This document shows, in pieces, positions 27,001 through 42,000 of a stretch of 64,000 nucleotides of DNA. Position 1 is the first letter of the stretch. Every line of letters starts with the position of its first letter. Origin of the DNA: Chrysomallon squamiferum (lineage: Eukaryota > Animalia > Mollusca); assembly GCA_012295275.1 (NCBI GenBank), contig CM022678.1:13702001-13766000 (forward strand). The letters are read 5' to 3'. A program made the position numbers and the translations under genes. The notes under the pieces are model-generated. The model made no database searches. It was not told the DNA's origin and was given only the letters and a program-made list of their open reading frames with translations.

Positions 27001-30000
27001 ATTTATTTATGTATATTATTATTATTTTATTGGTATTTTTTGTTTTAGTGTGTGTGTATTTATTATTATTTCAGCACCTGCTCTTATTTTGCTCAATGCA
27101 GAAGGTTTAGTCATTAACCTTGACCCATTGGTCCTAGACTGGTTTTCTTATGAACCCCACATTCAGCATTGTGTGAAGAATGAAGAAAGACCATTCACAG
27201 TTGACCTTGCCCTTGCTCAAGCATCTTCTCCTTTACAAGGAAATGTTTCACAGCGTAAATATAAATTAAACATATGTTATATATACATTTTAATGTGTCT
27301 TTATTTATTTTTTCTGTATTTGGATATCACATCTTGTGTAGAAATTTGAATGCATTCAAAATGTATGTCTGATAGATAACCTAAATATAAGGGGTTTTTT
27401 AATATCTTTCATGACACCATTTATCAAATTGTGCATATTGTACATCTTTTAGTTTCAGTTCATTCCAGTAGTTCTTTAACCAACCCAACTGGATCACAAC
27501 CTCTCGGTCAGTCTCAGACAACCTCACAGGTTATCTCCACTAGAGATTCAGATACTGCTGATCAAAGTGCAACACAAGATTTTGGAAGAGTAATGGCTGA
27601 CTGGTTTCCTTTATTGAGAACATTGCATGTTCAGGTTTGTTAAAATCACTGTTACTAGTGTTCTTTTTTATCTTCATTCTATAACTAGAGTATTCTAGTA
27701 ATTATTAGTACTAACTGAAACAATTATTATTATTAGTTCTTAGAATAATACTTAATTGTGAATCTTTATTGTTACAACTGAACTAATTAACTTCTTTTTC
27801 TTCATCTCATTATTATTATTATTATTACATAATGGTTTTTGGAAACGTGTAATGCAATATAAAAACCTGATTTATGAGGATGGCTAAATTGTGTAATACT
27901 GTTGTAGGTAAAAATAAAAAGCTGTTGCTTGTTTCTGCCTGAATCAACTCCACATGTGTCTGAACAGACAATGAACATCCCAGCAAATTTCTCCTCTGCA
28001 TTTCAAGATAGATGCTGTCCCAGTACTCTGGTTATATGCTTGCCATCTATCAATATTCTGAGTACAGGGGCCAAGGACATTCCACTAGTACATGATATTC
28101 CAATAACAACCATTGGTGAATCACTTATTGGTATGTGTCAATACGTATTGGTGGTTTATTTTACAGCCTGATATGGATAAAAATACTTCAAAAAGTTCAC
28201 TTTTTAAAGTAGATACAGATTAAAAAATATTTTTAAACTTTAGTTACTGGTGGTTTTATGTTTATTACTTGCTTTAACTAATAACTGATAATAATAAAGT
28301 ATAACAATAAGCTTTTAAGTGACATATATTTTTTATTTTATTGTATAACAAAATAAAATTAAAAACAATAGAGTTGTATATATAGTGAGTAAATAAGTAC
28401 AAAAATGTATATCCTATGTCTATCAGGGATTTTTCATTTTTTTTTGTTTTTATTATCTTTTTGCAGGTGAGAAACTACCATGGACTTTTGAACTGCACAA
28501 TTTTGCTGTATATACTGTTCTGTTGACTGGTCAGTGCTGGTCGGTACTAAAGTCACTGGACATTACTTCAACACTGGCAGTCACTTGTAAATACAACCCA
28601 CCCACTTCAGACAACATCACTTCACTTGGTCTCTGTCTTCATGTGGACACACAACAACCTTCTGTAGCTGTTTCTAAACAGCAGGTCAGCTCTTAATAAA
28701 ACTCTGATAATCAGTCAAATGTGACTGGATATAAACTTCTAAATAGTATCAGCACATCTAGTAATAAATTGGGAGAAATCTGTGCAGACATTTTGTTTTT
28801 GTTAAATTTTGCATACTTCAATAAAATTGGATATCTTTCTCTTCATTCTTTTCATTTTAGCCACTGTAATCTTTTGTTTTCTGTGGACATTTTAATATTT
28901 TTTTTATTTCAGTTTCAGCTTGGCACAGTCCTGGCTAATCAGCTGTTTGACTTCATCACTCAAACTGAGAAACTAAGTTCACATATTCACAGGTGTGTTC
29001 AGGTCAGCACTAACATACAAAAAGAGAAACAGACTATTACAAGCTCACCTGTTAAAAAGTCAGAAACTATTACATCAAGTAACAATGAGATGACAGCTGA
29101 GGTTTCTGAAGATACATCACAAGATGACACTCTGTCTGTTGACATTTCTGACATTGCTTCTAGTCAGAAGATTAAACTATCACTGTGGACTCAGTTACTG
29201 ATGCCAAAAATTGAAATGAAATTTTTTGGTGATGACTTTGTTTCTTCCAAAAGTATGATTTCTTCTTTACTCTTTCTTTCTTATTCTTCTTTTTAAAAGC
29301 AAATATAATTTTTAAAGAAAATTTACAGTGGTGCAAATAAACAGTTGTCCCCAGTGTAGTATACAAATATCAGAATTTTTGTTTAATAACATATTCCTGA
29401 GCCATCGTCACCAGTACTCATCCCGTTTATCACTTCTTCTAGATATTTTTCTTTTGTATGATAAAACTATATATAGATCATTGTTTTATTTATTGTTAAA
29501 ATATAATATCTTAACACATTTTGTGTGCAAATTCATTTGTCTCTGTATATTTAATTGGTATTTTTCAGAAAACTGTATAACAGTGACAAGTGAAGACATA
29601 GCAATATCAGTTGATATTCAGACTGTATATTCCAAAGTCAAAGCCAGTGTTGGCACATTTAATATTCATCACTACATTAAAAGGTTGGTAAATAAATTGT
29701 AATTTATCATAATTATTCAGATTATCATGAAAAAGAATAATAGCTATGCAGTTGTTGTCATTCCAGTTTGCATTTTGAAGGTTGACTGTGTCAGTAATTT
29801 AGTTTTCTGATGGGTACATTCCACTTGATTTTTGAAAAAATGGTTTTACTATTATCTGTAAAAAAAATTTCATTCTTTTCTTAATTTACTTGTTTATTTA
29901 TTTATTTATTTTGTGTTTGTTTGTTTGTTTATTTGTTTATTCATTCATTCGTTTATATAATTTTTTTATTTATTATTGTAGTGACAGCATGTCTGAATGG

Positions 30001-33000
30001 AAAAAAGGAGATTGCGAAGGACTTGTAATTTCCTGTCAGTCTGACCTTTCCCGTGACCTTCATATCATATCAAACAAAGTGTGGTCATCAGACAACCAGC
30101 CAGTTATCTCTCTTCACCCAGTCCAAGATCCTCAGAGAGATTCAACAAATGGTTTCTTGTCTTTTACTTTCACTAAAGCTCTGTGCAAGAATGTGAAAAA
30201 ACGTCTTCGCAAACTGAATGTTGATCTCACAGACTTGAGTGAAATAGAATCAGAGGCAAATTTCAATGATCTCTATGCTCATAAATATGTATCAGAAGTG
30301 TGTTTGAAGATGGATCCTTTTGATTTTGTGTTTTGTCCGTCTGTGCTTGAAACACTCATTGATATATTTCAGTCTGGAACTCACACAAAAGGTCAAAGTC
30401 TGCCTCACCCATCAACTCAAGCCATTCCTTACAAGACTCTTCATAAAAAGAAAAAACAATCAATGCCAGTGTTAGCTGCCCATGCCCTTCCTTTGGTTTA
30501 TGCCACTATTGGATGCATTCGCATCTTTGTCCCAGAAACCTGTCCATCCAGAACACCAAATTATGAAGATGAGAAGAAAGTGGGAAATAGAAAAAAGACA
30601 GCTGATGGATCAGATGATAAGCCAGTTAAAATACAAACCACTCTGGATCATGACATGCTGGTGCTGCAGTTTCATACCATTCTTATTCAACCACATGCTG
30701 ACAACCCACTGCCACGATACCCTGTGGAGAAGGAACTGTACCACCGCAGTTTGCTGTGTGGCATGACACTCCAGCCAGGATCAGCTGTCGAGGATCGGCA
30801 GTACCAGGTTGACATTAAAGGATTTTCATTTTGTTCAGGTAAGTATTAAAAAAAACTATATATTTTACTATACAAGTACAGACCTTGACCTTCAGGTGTA
30901 CATTACTGTATGTTTTGATTTACATATTCAAGTTTTACCTTACAAGAATCATATATATATATATATATATATATATCTAAATAAAGCTGTAATAGAAAAA
31001 TAAATGCTAATTTTAATGTTGTTTTTATTTTTTGTTTTATAGGGAACTGGAAAGTTCTTGTAGAGGAATCAGAAAGACTTGGCAAGTATAAACCTGCAGC
31101 TACATTTGGAGTTCAAATGCCAGCTCTGGAATGGAACACACTGTTGAGTTTAAGAGAGTAGGCCACATTACTGATTATTAATGTTGTAAAGATATATGCA
31201 GGCTTTATCATTTTTATATACTTCTGAATTTAGGGCCATTTATATATCTTTTATATTAGGTTTTATGAAATATTTATATTAGACATCAAATCATTGTTTG
31301 TGGGTGTTATGTCGGTGTGTGTCTGTGTGTGTGTTAATGTTTTACCACATGCTAGGAATATTCTTAAAATGTTTTATTTTAAACTTACAGTGAGGAGTAT
31401 GAAGAAATACAGTTAATTCCTATCATTTCTGGCTGTGATCTTTGCATTGTCATGGCACCAGCTATTGTCTACATGAAAAAGGGACCTTCTCATTTTGTCA
31501 CTGAGGTTTGTCTCTAAAGCTATATCAAATTACATGATTAAAACTGACACCTGTAAAACTATAAATAAACCGTATGAGTAAGTATATTCTCCAGTTTGCT
31601 CTTTTGTTCTGCCAGATAATTTTGACAATTTCCATTAATATGTAACATCCATGTTTTTTTATTATTTGCAGAATGTTCTTGTTTGTGGTTACTCCACGGA
31701 GATCAACATTACCAGTGACCTTGACCTTTACATTAGCACAAGTCAGATTCACCTAGCTGAGAAACTTTTAAAGAACAGTATTTCCAGTTTATCAATGTCA
31801 CAGCAAGGGTTAATGGGAATATCCCATCATAGTCAAAGGTTAGGTCAGTCAGATCCAGTTGGTATTGACAGTGGTTTGGGAAGTGATATTTCATCATGCA
31901 CTGTTGACAGACATAAGAAAAGTCTGCCATCTGTTTCTGAATCACTTGCCTTCTCAGACAGTGACACCAGGTCAAATGTCATGCCCTTTGATATATTACT
32001 AACTGCAGGCAGGATATCATGTACGGTCTATTCACATAAAGACTGTAAACAAATAGTATGTCAAGAGACTAAAACTTCTGGTAAAGATAAAAAGAGAAAA
32101 GCTCATAAATCAAGTATTGAAGTAAAGTATGACAACTTTTCTTCGATTTTGGGCTCAGTCACTCAAACACTGGATTCTGATGAAGATTCCCGTGCAGAGC
32201 AGTATGATACATGTTCAGAGTTTGAATTTTTAGACTTTCAGACAGATGAAGAACAGAAGAATAAGACTTTGCCTGTTGGTGCTGTTTGTATGAAACCATT
32301 TTTGTATATGTACATAACTCAACCCCACACTATTGTGTCCTGTCATTCAGATATACAGAGATTTGAAATGAGTTGCTATGACATTATTGTCAAAGGACTG
32401 AACGAAAAGCAGAAAATTCCAGGTTAATTTTATACTAGTTTATAACTATTCTTTTTAATTAGTTGACATTAAAAAAAAAGAAAATTTAATATTCCACAAG
32501 TTTATAGGATAATAATAATGGTAATAATAATAGAATAAATAAACAAAAGAAAGCTATAGTTACAGGACAAAAAAAACAAAAAACAAAAAACAACTTCCAA
32601 AATAATAATTTTGAATAGTTTAAAAATAAATATGCCATACTGTTTAGTTAATTAAGAAATTTGTTGAAAATAGCAAAAATAAAAACTGTCCTTTTTTTGG
32701 TGATTATTTACATTGGATTTGTGAATACTGTTCAGTTATTTATCATAATTTTATGCTATTTTTTTCAAATTTATTTCATAAACATTTTGTTAAATTCAGC
32801 TATACTTAAAATTTTGAATATTTATAGATACTATCAAATGTGAATGTTAAGACATAATAGCTAATGTTGTGCTTGTAGTGGAGAGAAACAGACTGATTCC
32901 AGACTGTGCTGATTTTACAAGTTACTGGGTAGAGACGAGAGCTGGTCAACCTCACTGTAAGACAGGAATACCTCCATGTTTGTACACACTGCAGCTTACA

Positions 33001-36000
33001 GATTTCCTGTACAACCCTCGTAAGCTTAATAATTTGTTATTCATGGTTCACAAATTATTAGTCTCTTCTTCATTTTTGTTTTATTGTTCAGTATTTTCTT
33101 TCTTTTTGTATACATTGATTTGTTTTCAATAACATTTATATTTTGAATCTATAAACTAAGAGATTTTTCTGATAAATATATTTGTTGACTTGTAACAATT
33201 TCATTATTACAGATTATGTTTGCTAAGTATTTTTGTCGTTTAATTCAAAAATATAAAGTAGTTTATACCCAGCTGTATGTATTTATTTTAATATTTATAT
33301 CCTTTGGAAATTTTTCAGTCAATGATGTTAAACTTAAATCTATATAAATATTATTAACTTTAATATTGCATTAATGAATTTAATATTTTTATTTTTAATA
33401 ATAATAATAATATTAAATTTTTAAAATTATTTTTATTAAATCAATATTTTATTAAAATTGTTGTTATTAAATTTTTAATATTTATATTGCAGCTGATATG
33501 GTTTTAAAAATTGAGCGTCCACTGATGTTGAATTTGAGTCTAAACAAAATGGAACAGATCCATGAATTTGTTCAGGAATTGTCTTTTGGTAACAAAGAGA
33601 ACTTAGAAAAATTAAACAGAAAATCAAAATTAACAGCAGAAGATAAAATTTCTATTTCCCCTCCAGGTTTGTTTGTTTGTGTGTTTATTTTCTGCTAATG
33701 TCTTATAAAATGTTCAATACTTTATTTTCTTTCACTTCACTGAACTATTTTATGTTACATTACATTGTACTTGACATTACTTGCTTTATTAATTTCAATA
33801 ATGAGGAAATTACATAACTGACTCTGATACTAAGACAAAGCAGTGGTAAAAAATCGTTTTATATTTTATACAAATATTATTACTAGCTAAGTATTGCTTT
33901 TCTTTTTTTAGAATATTTAACTGTTTTTTCTGCTACTTAACTATTTTATTTTTTACTATCTAAACATTTTATTTTTGATCATCACTCCTAAATATGGCAA
34001 TTTAAATATTTATTTTTATTCAATATTTATTTTCTGGTATTATTTGATAATATGCTTTATGAATCATTGTAATATTTGTTTAAATATATATATTAAAAAA
34101 AAAAAAGAAATCATTTTCACATAAATATATATCATTAACTGTTCTGTTTAAGGATTTCTTTCAAAATTGAAACGAGTGGAATTTGTAACAGACCAGGTGG
34201 TGGTTTCCATGGAGACAGGTATTAATGAGCAGTTGATGGGACTCACAGCCTTTGCATCATCCATTAGAGTGGAAACTGGCCTCCAGCAAAGTGAGAAGTT
34301 TATATTGTATAATTTCATAAACAATAAATTCTTTTATCAAACTTGCATTACTGAACTGTCATGAAATAATATAAACTGGCTGGTTAGTAACTAAGAAATA
34401 TTCAAATAGTTTGGATTATCACTAGATAATAATAATATTAGCTGATTACTATTATTTATTATTATGAGTTTTAAAATTGGTAGAAATTTAAAACAATTTT
34501 TTTTTTACATTTGAGGATAAATTCTAGTATCACTTTCATGTTAATTTTGCCTTTTTTTTAACTTCAGCACAAATAAGTTCCATTTCCAGTCAGTTCCACA
34601 TCAAAGATGCTGTAATTAAAACAGTATACAACAAAACTTCTCGTTCCTTCATTGGCCCTACATCTCTGAGTTTAGAGCTGTTGACAAAATGGGAGGAGCA
34701 CAGTGGTCCAATCAACATTCCGATGACAGTGGCCATTTTGGAAACTACAATGATTCCTATTAACATTGGCCAGGAGCATGTTTTATGCATACAGAAACTT
34801 GTGGAGCAGTGCAGGGATTTTGCAGCACCATTAAGAAAGTGTGATGATGATACAGGCAAGAAAGCTTGTGAAGAAAAACTGAATGTTTGTGACGAAGAGT
34901 TTGTGTTTGTTAAAGATGTCAGCCATGATGATTTGAGAAATGGAGGATTTCAGTATCTTGTTGGACATGGTAAGTTTTGATTACAAATTTCTTCTAAGAA
35001 TTAAATTCAGTACATATTATTAGAGGTAAAACTTGAGAAAAGCTCTTTCATATTCTGTAAATTTTTACTACATAAATGCAATGACCAGATGACTTCAATT
35101 TTCTGTTACTTTCCAAATAATAATTATAAATAACTGATTCAAGAAATTCTTGTTCTCATAAGCTGACATGGTGAATTTTGATTAAAAATAAAATAAAATT
35201 TATATAAAAGAATATATGATCAGATTTTATTGTAGTTTTAATAGTAGTTTGGAATGCAAGATGCAGCTGAAACATGATAACACAATCTTTTATTTTAATT
35301 TTTAAAAATACCTAGCAGTTAAAAAATCGTGATTAGGGATTATTGAAACTTTAAAAAAAAACATTGACATTTTTATTAAATATACAAATTAATTAAATGA
35401 TTTATTTATTTTTTAGACTCTACAGTAAGGTGTGATGCTGGGGAGATTGTTTTCAACACATATCCAGAAGGTTGCGGCTATGGCCATGCCATGACATGGT
35501 GTTACAAACAACCACGTGTCATCAGTAGTGCCACCATCATGCCAGTTCCCTTTGGATATGTCGACCTAGCTGACAGACCTCAAGCTGTTAGTTGTTGTTT
35601 TGTCATCATCATTCATCATTATCATCATCACAATTTTAATTATCTGCAATCAGTTATTTGGTTATTATAAAAAAAAATATTTTAGCCTATTTACAATACC
35701 TAAAAAAAATTATTGCTTTTTTTTTTCTTTCACTGCTTTCATAGGGTTTTGGGGGGGGGGGTTTATGTGTTTTTATATTTTTATTTCTTTTCTTTTTTTC
35801 ATTCAGTAAAAATTATGGGAATTCTGTTGTGTTTTATAATGTAATTATTTTCTTAACAAATATAGTTACTTACCTCTGGCTATCATTGATGTTACACTAT
35901 TTAATTTCTTATTGTTCAGTTATTTCAAAGTGGTTATGAAAATCTGTATAATGAACAATTAATTTGTGTTTCAGATTCCATGTATGTTGCAGTACTGGGA

Positions 36001-39000
36001 CTGTTCACAGCAGCAGTTTGTTGACTACGTGGAGTTCTCTCTCTCTGAGAATGACAGCACCTCCCTAGACCTGCCCGAGGTGAAGCCCAGCAACTGTGAG
36101 GAGCTCATAGTGGCTCAGTCATGGCGTGTGGCCATTTTCAGCTATGAAGTAATACAGGAAGATCTCATTCAGAAGTGAGACCACAAAAAAAAAAAAAAAA
36201 TTAGTCAAGAACAAAATGTTTTAAATTCAGTAACTAGTATGAAGGTTATTTTTGATGTAAATGATTTAGTATGGTTTACTTTTTTCGAATAACTAAGTTT
36301 TATTATTTTAAATGTTGTCTTTGAATTTGTTTTTTGTTCAAATGTATGTCCTGATCACTGTAAAAGTAAACAAAACAAATAAAATAACTTTTTCTTTTCA
36401 GCTATTGTATGATACAAAATACCTTTTTTACATTAAAAAAGACAATAATTTTTTTATTTTTAAATGAGATGATATTGATTATAACTTCTTATTTTATTGT
36501 CAACTTTATATTCATGATCAAATGATCAAGTATGGTAAAAATGTTTTCCTCACAGTAAAGAAGAGTTTTCTGAAGGGGAAGATAATGAAACATATGTTGT
36601 GCCAGTGTCTCTTGCTGCCTGTATGTGTGTTGACTCCTGTTATGTGCCATGTATAATACCTGTAATACAAGCTAGTGTTTCCATAGCAGCAGTACAGCTA
36701 AACCTTAGCAACCATCTTCACTATCTTGGCAAAGGTTGGTAGAATGTTTATTTTGAATTCATAGATTTTTATTTTAATAAAATAAACAAATACATAATTT
36801 TCAAAGTAGTTTAAATATCTAAGTTAAGAAAAATATTAATAATAATTTGTTAAAAATAAATAAATAGATCTTTATCATTTTTAGAATATTTAAAAATAAT
36901 ATTAAAAATTAGAAAAGACTTTCTTATAAAAATAAGATATTTTTATGTAAGTATGTATCTATGTTATTTCAGGAACACCAAGCAAGCTGTATCCATTTTA
37001 CTTCCACCAGTCCCAACCAGATGACCAGCAATTTGCTACACTGACCATTACCTTCCTAAACCTGACCACATCTCACCTGAGTGGATATCTTAGCAGGTCT
37101 CTAATAAAGGTAGAAATAATTTATTAATTTCTTTCTTATAGCCTTTTTTGGCAGGGGATTCAAAAAATTCACTGAAAAAAGACAAGCAGTATATTTGAAA
37201 TTTCTCTTTAATGGGAGAGGCTAATATTTGACTTGTTATAGAAGTATCTGATTAAATTGAACATTTTTTTTATCCAACAGTAATGTTTTATTAGTCATAA
37301 GAAAAGATAAAAGTAATAAAAATTTAATATTTTTATAAAGTAAAGTGCTTTAAAAATGTTTTATTAGTCATAAGAAAAAATAAAAGTAATAAAAATTTAA
37401 TATTTTTATAAAGTAAAGTGCTTTAAAAATGTTTTATCAGTAGAAATTGTATAGGTGCTGTCAGTGATACGAAAGAAATGTTTCAAAATCATAAGAATGA
37501 CAGTCAGTTTATAAAATAAATATTGGTGTTGGTCTTCATAAATACAATTGACAGGATAAACAAGATGAAAATAATGCAATAATGAATAAAATTATCAGAA
37601 TATGTTGGTATATAAAAAATATAATTAAAAACATATTACAAGTAAAAACATTGATCTATTACTTAGTTATTTAAAAAAACTGCTGTATTGTGGACATGTA
37701 AATTATTCATATCATTTTTCCAGAAGTTGAATAACAAGCTGATGAACTAAAGTGCTTAAGTAATTAAAACGGTGAAGTGGCTGATTTTAATACCATAATT
37801 AAAAAGTATGAATTAATTAAAATAACATAATAAAATAATTATTTAAAAAACCTTAAAAACACAATCTCTAAACATAACATTTATAAACAGATAAATTTAT
37901 TTTATTAGATTGTGTATATTTGTTTCTTTTATTGAAGAACACTTAAACGTATATTTCATCAACTATTTATAATATATTTGTAGACTCTTTTCATCATATT
38001 AAATGTTTTCAACAAAATTAATTTGTTTCTGATTTACATTGTTGTATTAAAGAAATAAATTTAAGAAAATAATAAGTAATGTAATTTTTGATCTTACTAG
38101 AGTAGATATTAAATTATAACAGAAAAATTAAAATATTTTTGACTGAAGTATAAATATAGTGATGCAAAGAAAAGATCTAAAAGAAAATGAAAGTAAATAA
38201 ATATTATACTTCCAGGATTATTATTTTATTGTTTGGAGTGACCTATCATCGCTTAGAAGACAGTAGGCTGAATATTACTAATATAAAATATTTTAATACG
38301 ACCATTTTATCTTTTCACAAGTTAAGTCATGTTATGTTAGTATACTTGGTTCTTAGATAATACATGTTTTCTGACACCACCAGAAGAAACCATAGAGCAA
38401 AAGTCAAATACATAATCATTTGATGACCTCACTATTGTTATTATACTCTTTATTAATTTTAAGTAAATTAAACAAATAAAAATAATTCAGGTGTATGAAG
38501 GTTATTACAGCAGACAAAACTTCACTTTAATAATGCATGATTATGTTTATCCATGTTTCCTAGGGTTATGGCTCACTGAAGTTTGAAATGACTGAATACA
38601 GAAACCTCACTGTAGAAACTATACTTGACACTATCAGTGTGGAGGCCAGTGTTAATGTCCTTCATGTAGAGAAGGTATTATACTCAGTCTTTTTAATTAG
38701 TTGAATTTAAAATCATTTTTGTTATTTACAATTTGTAATTTTAATATCATTGAAATTTATTCACTTGTAGGATATTTGAAAATTATATTTTATGTATTAA
38801 AGAATATCGATATTAATATTAATAAAAAAAGAGAGAAATTCTCTCTTTTCAAAAAAAGGTATTATTATATTTGTAATAGTTTAAACTTGTTAATATTTGA
38901 ATATGTGAGTTATTATTATTATTTTTGTTGTTAATTTTATTATCAGTATTATTATTATTATTTTAAAGCCACCTTTGATAGATGCTGATGTTAATGTTGG

Positions 39001-42000
39001 TTCAGCAGAGATATGTGTTGGACAAAGTACTGTTCACACTCTGAGTTGTGCAGTTCAGGCCTGGACAGTGGTATGTTTGTGTAATAAGCTCATTGTAATG
39101 CTTTTAAATTTAGCACATACTTGTGATAAGAAATGAAAGAAAAAGATAGGCCATTTATGATAAATATCAAGAGAATAGCTAATGATTTAATTGAGTTTGT
39201 AATCATAAAAAGTATTATTATAGCAACACATTCCTTTTTATTTTATTCTTCTAGAAACATCTATTTTTTAAATATTTTATTTCATTATTGAAAATAACAA
39301 TTAACATCCAAAACATTTTAAAATAAAATAAAATAATAAACTGTATTTTGTTTCAGCTTGGAGAAGAAGGTTTATGTAAGAAGTCACAAGTAATCTTCAG
39401 TTACTTTGTTATCTGTAACGACACACAGCAAACTGTCAGATTTGGTCAGGTATTATGTTAGATACTGTCATTTATTTATTAGTTTAAACTGTAGATATGT
39501 ATATATGTGTTACAAAAGAAATGCATTTTCACCTGTCATTGTTCTTTAATTTGTAAAAATATTTTTATTTAGTTTGGTACAGATGAGAACTTGACTCTTC
39601 ACTCAAGGGAAATGCATGGGTACAGCTGGAGATCTCATAAAAGTGAACAGGTATTTCTAATTTTTGATTATTATTCATTAATATCATTGTCAAATAACTG
39701 TTCATATTGGAGTTGGTGACATTTTTGGATTAGATTAATGATGTTTACATCAGCATTATAAAATTTTAATGTTTTAAATAAAAGATAAATTCTCCAGTAT
39801 GGATTTTAGCCTGTTGTATTATAAATAAACCTTCGTAGGAATGAATAGTAAGTAATTTTGGAATCAGTGGGCTCGGGTGAATAATTTTGATATGATATGA
39901 AAGAAAAATGATTTTTCTATATATAAATCATTAAAAATTAAGCACCAAAAATGTATAATTATTTCATTCAAAGACAGTATTAATAAAAGTTTTAGATGTT
40001 TATTGGGAATAGTGCTTTTCCTCATGTCTGTGTCGCCTGTTTACTTTCTGTAAAGAAAATTCACATAACTTGAAAGCAAATAGATAAAACATGATGTTAA
40101 TTTTGTTTTTAGTTAATTCACCTGTGTTTGGATTCTCCAAGCTGGAAGTGGTGTGAGCCATTCAGTATAGATAAAGAAGAAAACATTGTTAGAAGAGTTA
40201 AAGCAAAAGACCAGCACTATACACTGGTCATACGAGTGAGAAACCTGTCTAACATACAGAAACAGGTTGAGCTATTGTTTATACTGTTTTTGCAGATCAT
40301 AAATCCATTTGGTATATTCTAATGTTTTAATTCCTCAATTCCAGTTAGTTGTTGTTTAGTTGCTAAATCAGTTTAACCTTTTAAATGCAGCTTGGGTTTC
40401 TAGATACATAATATATACAGTAAAATAAATTTATCATCATTACATGTTGGTATATAAAACAATTTTTATTTTAATTAATGGTAAAAAGAATTCATCTAAG
40501 TAATTTTGATAAATGTATTTCTTTAAAAATTATCTTTTGTGTAAGTATTGACGTAAGGTTTTATTAATGTTATAATAAAATTTTAATCATTTAGAATTAT
40601 AACATGGTCAGAGTTTTTAAATCAATGATTTGTTATGAAAAATAAAAAATCTTTATTGGCATTTATAGAAAGGTATTCATTAATTACAAGTTTTTGTAAA
40701 AATTTATTTTCCAGATTATCATAAGTGGTCAGCTGATAATTTCAAACTGTCTTTCTCAACACATGGAAATTAAACTAAAGAAAACAGGGTCAGGCAACTC
40801 GTACAAAGACATCTCAAGAGAAGACAACTCATATGAATGTACAGTGGTAGGTGCTGGTCAGACAATCCCATCATACATTGTGGATGAAGAGGAACTGAAT
40901 GGACTGATGGTTCGTTTGATGGGAGCACACATGTTGTGGTCACAGGAAGTGTTTGTATTTGGAGACAAGATGAAAGAAAACAGACTTCTTAAGGTATTTC
41001 CTGCTTTGATATTTAATTATTTCTTCATTTGTCCACATCTTCCTAGTGTCTGTCAAATAAGCTGTCTAATTTTATATTCTATTTATTCACTTTCTATTCC
41101 AGTTGTAACATATTCTTATTTAATTGATCATAATTATTTCACAGATACCATTGCCTGGCAAAACAGCATATTTCCATGTGTGGTGTCAGATGTTTTGTGA
41201 ACACTTCAGTGGAGCATCACAAGTGCTGGTAAAAATTTCATCTCAGTTGCAATGAAAACTGAATATATTAAAATATGATTTGTTTCTTAATCCTTCTTCT
41301 TTTTAATGTCAAATCTTATATATACATATTACAAAAATATTCATCTATTTATTCATTCATTATTTTTATTTTATTTGTTCATCTATCATTCCATTCATTC
41401 ACTTTTTTGTGTTCATTATTTTAGGTTGTTCTCTCACCACTCTACGTTCTCCGATCTCATCTACCACGCTCTCTCTTTGTAAGCATGTACACACCAAAAC
41501 TGCAGGCTACACAGAAGTTAAACGTGCCAGGCCGAGGCAGAGAGTTTCAGCTTCACTGCGTAGGAGGAGATATCACCCACAACCTGACTTTCCAACTAGC
41601 GTAAATGTTAATTCATATTTACTAGTTATATTAATGCAAACAACCTGCAGCTATTATTATGAATGTTGCTTCTTCGTAGACTGCTTTAATCTTATCAAAC
41701 ATAAAGCTACAACTAAATCATAAATGTTATTTTATACATACTTCACTTCAATACCATACAAATAAATAAATTTAGAAATTCAGAAAAATCTTCTTAATCT
41801 GCAGTATATAGAGTCAGAAACACAAGAAAAGATCAGCCATACTGAGCTAACAGCTGACATGTAATGTAAAGTGTTACCATATAAAATACAACAATACTGT
41901 CCTTTTTGCTTAGGGATGATAATTTTTTATCTCTGCAGTTTAAAATTTGTAAGACATTAAATAATTTTAAAGTTCTTTGACTTTCAGGCTTGGTTTACCA

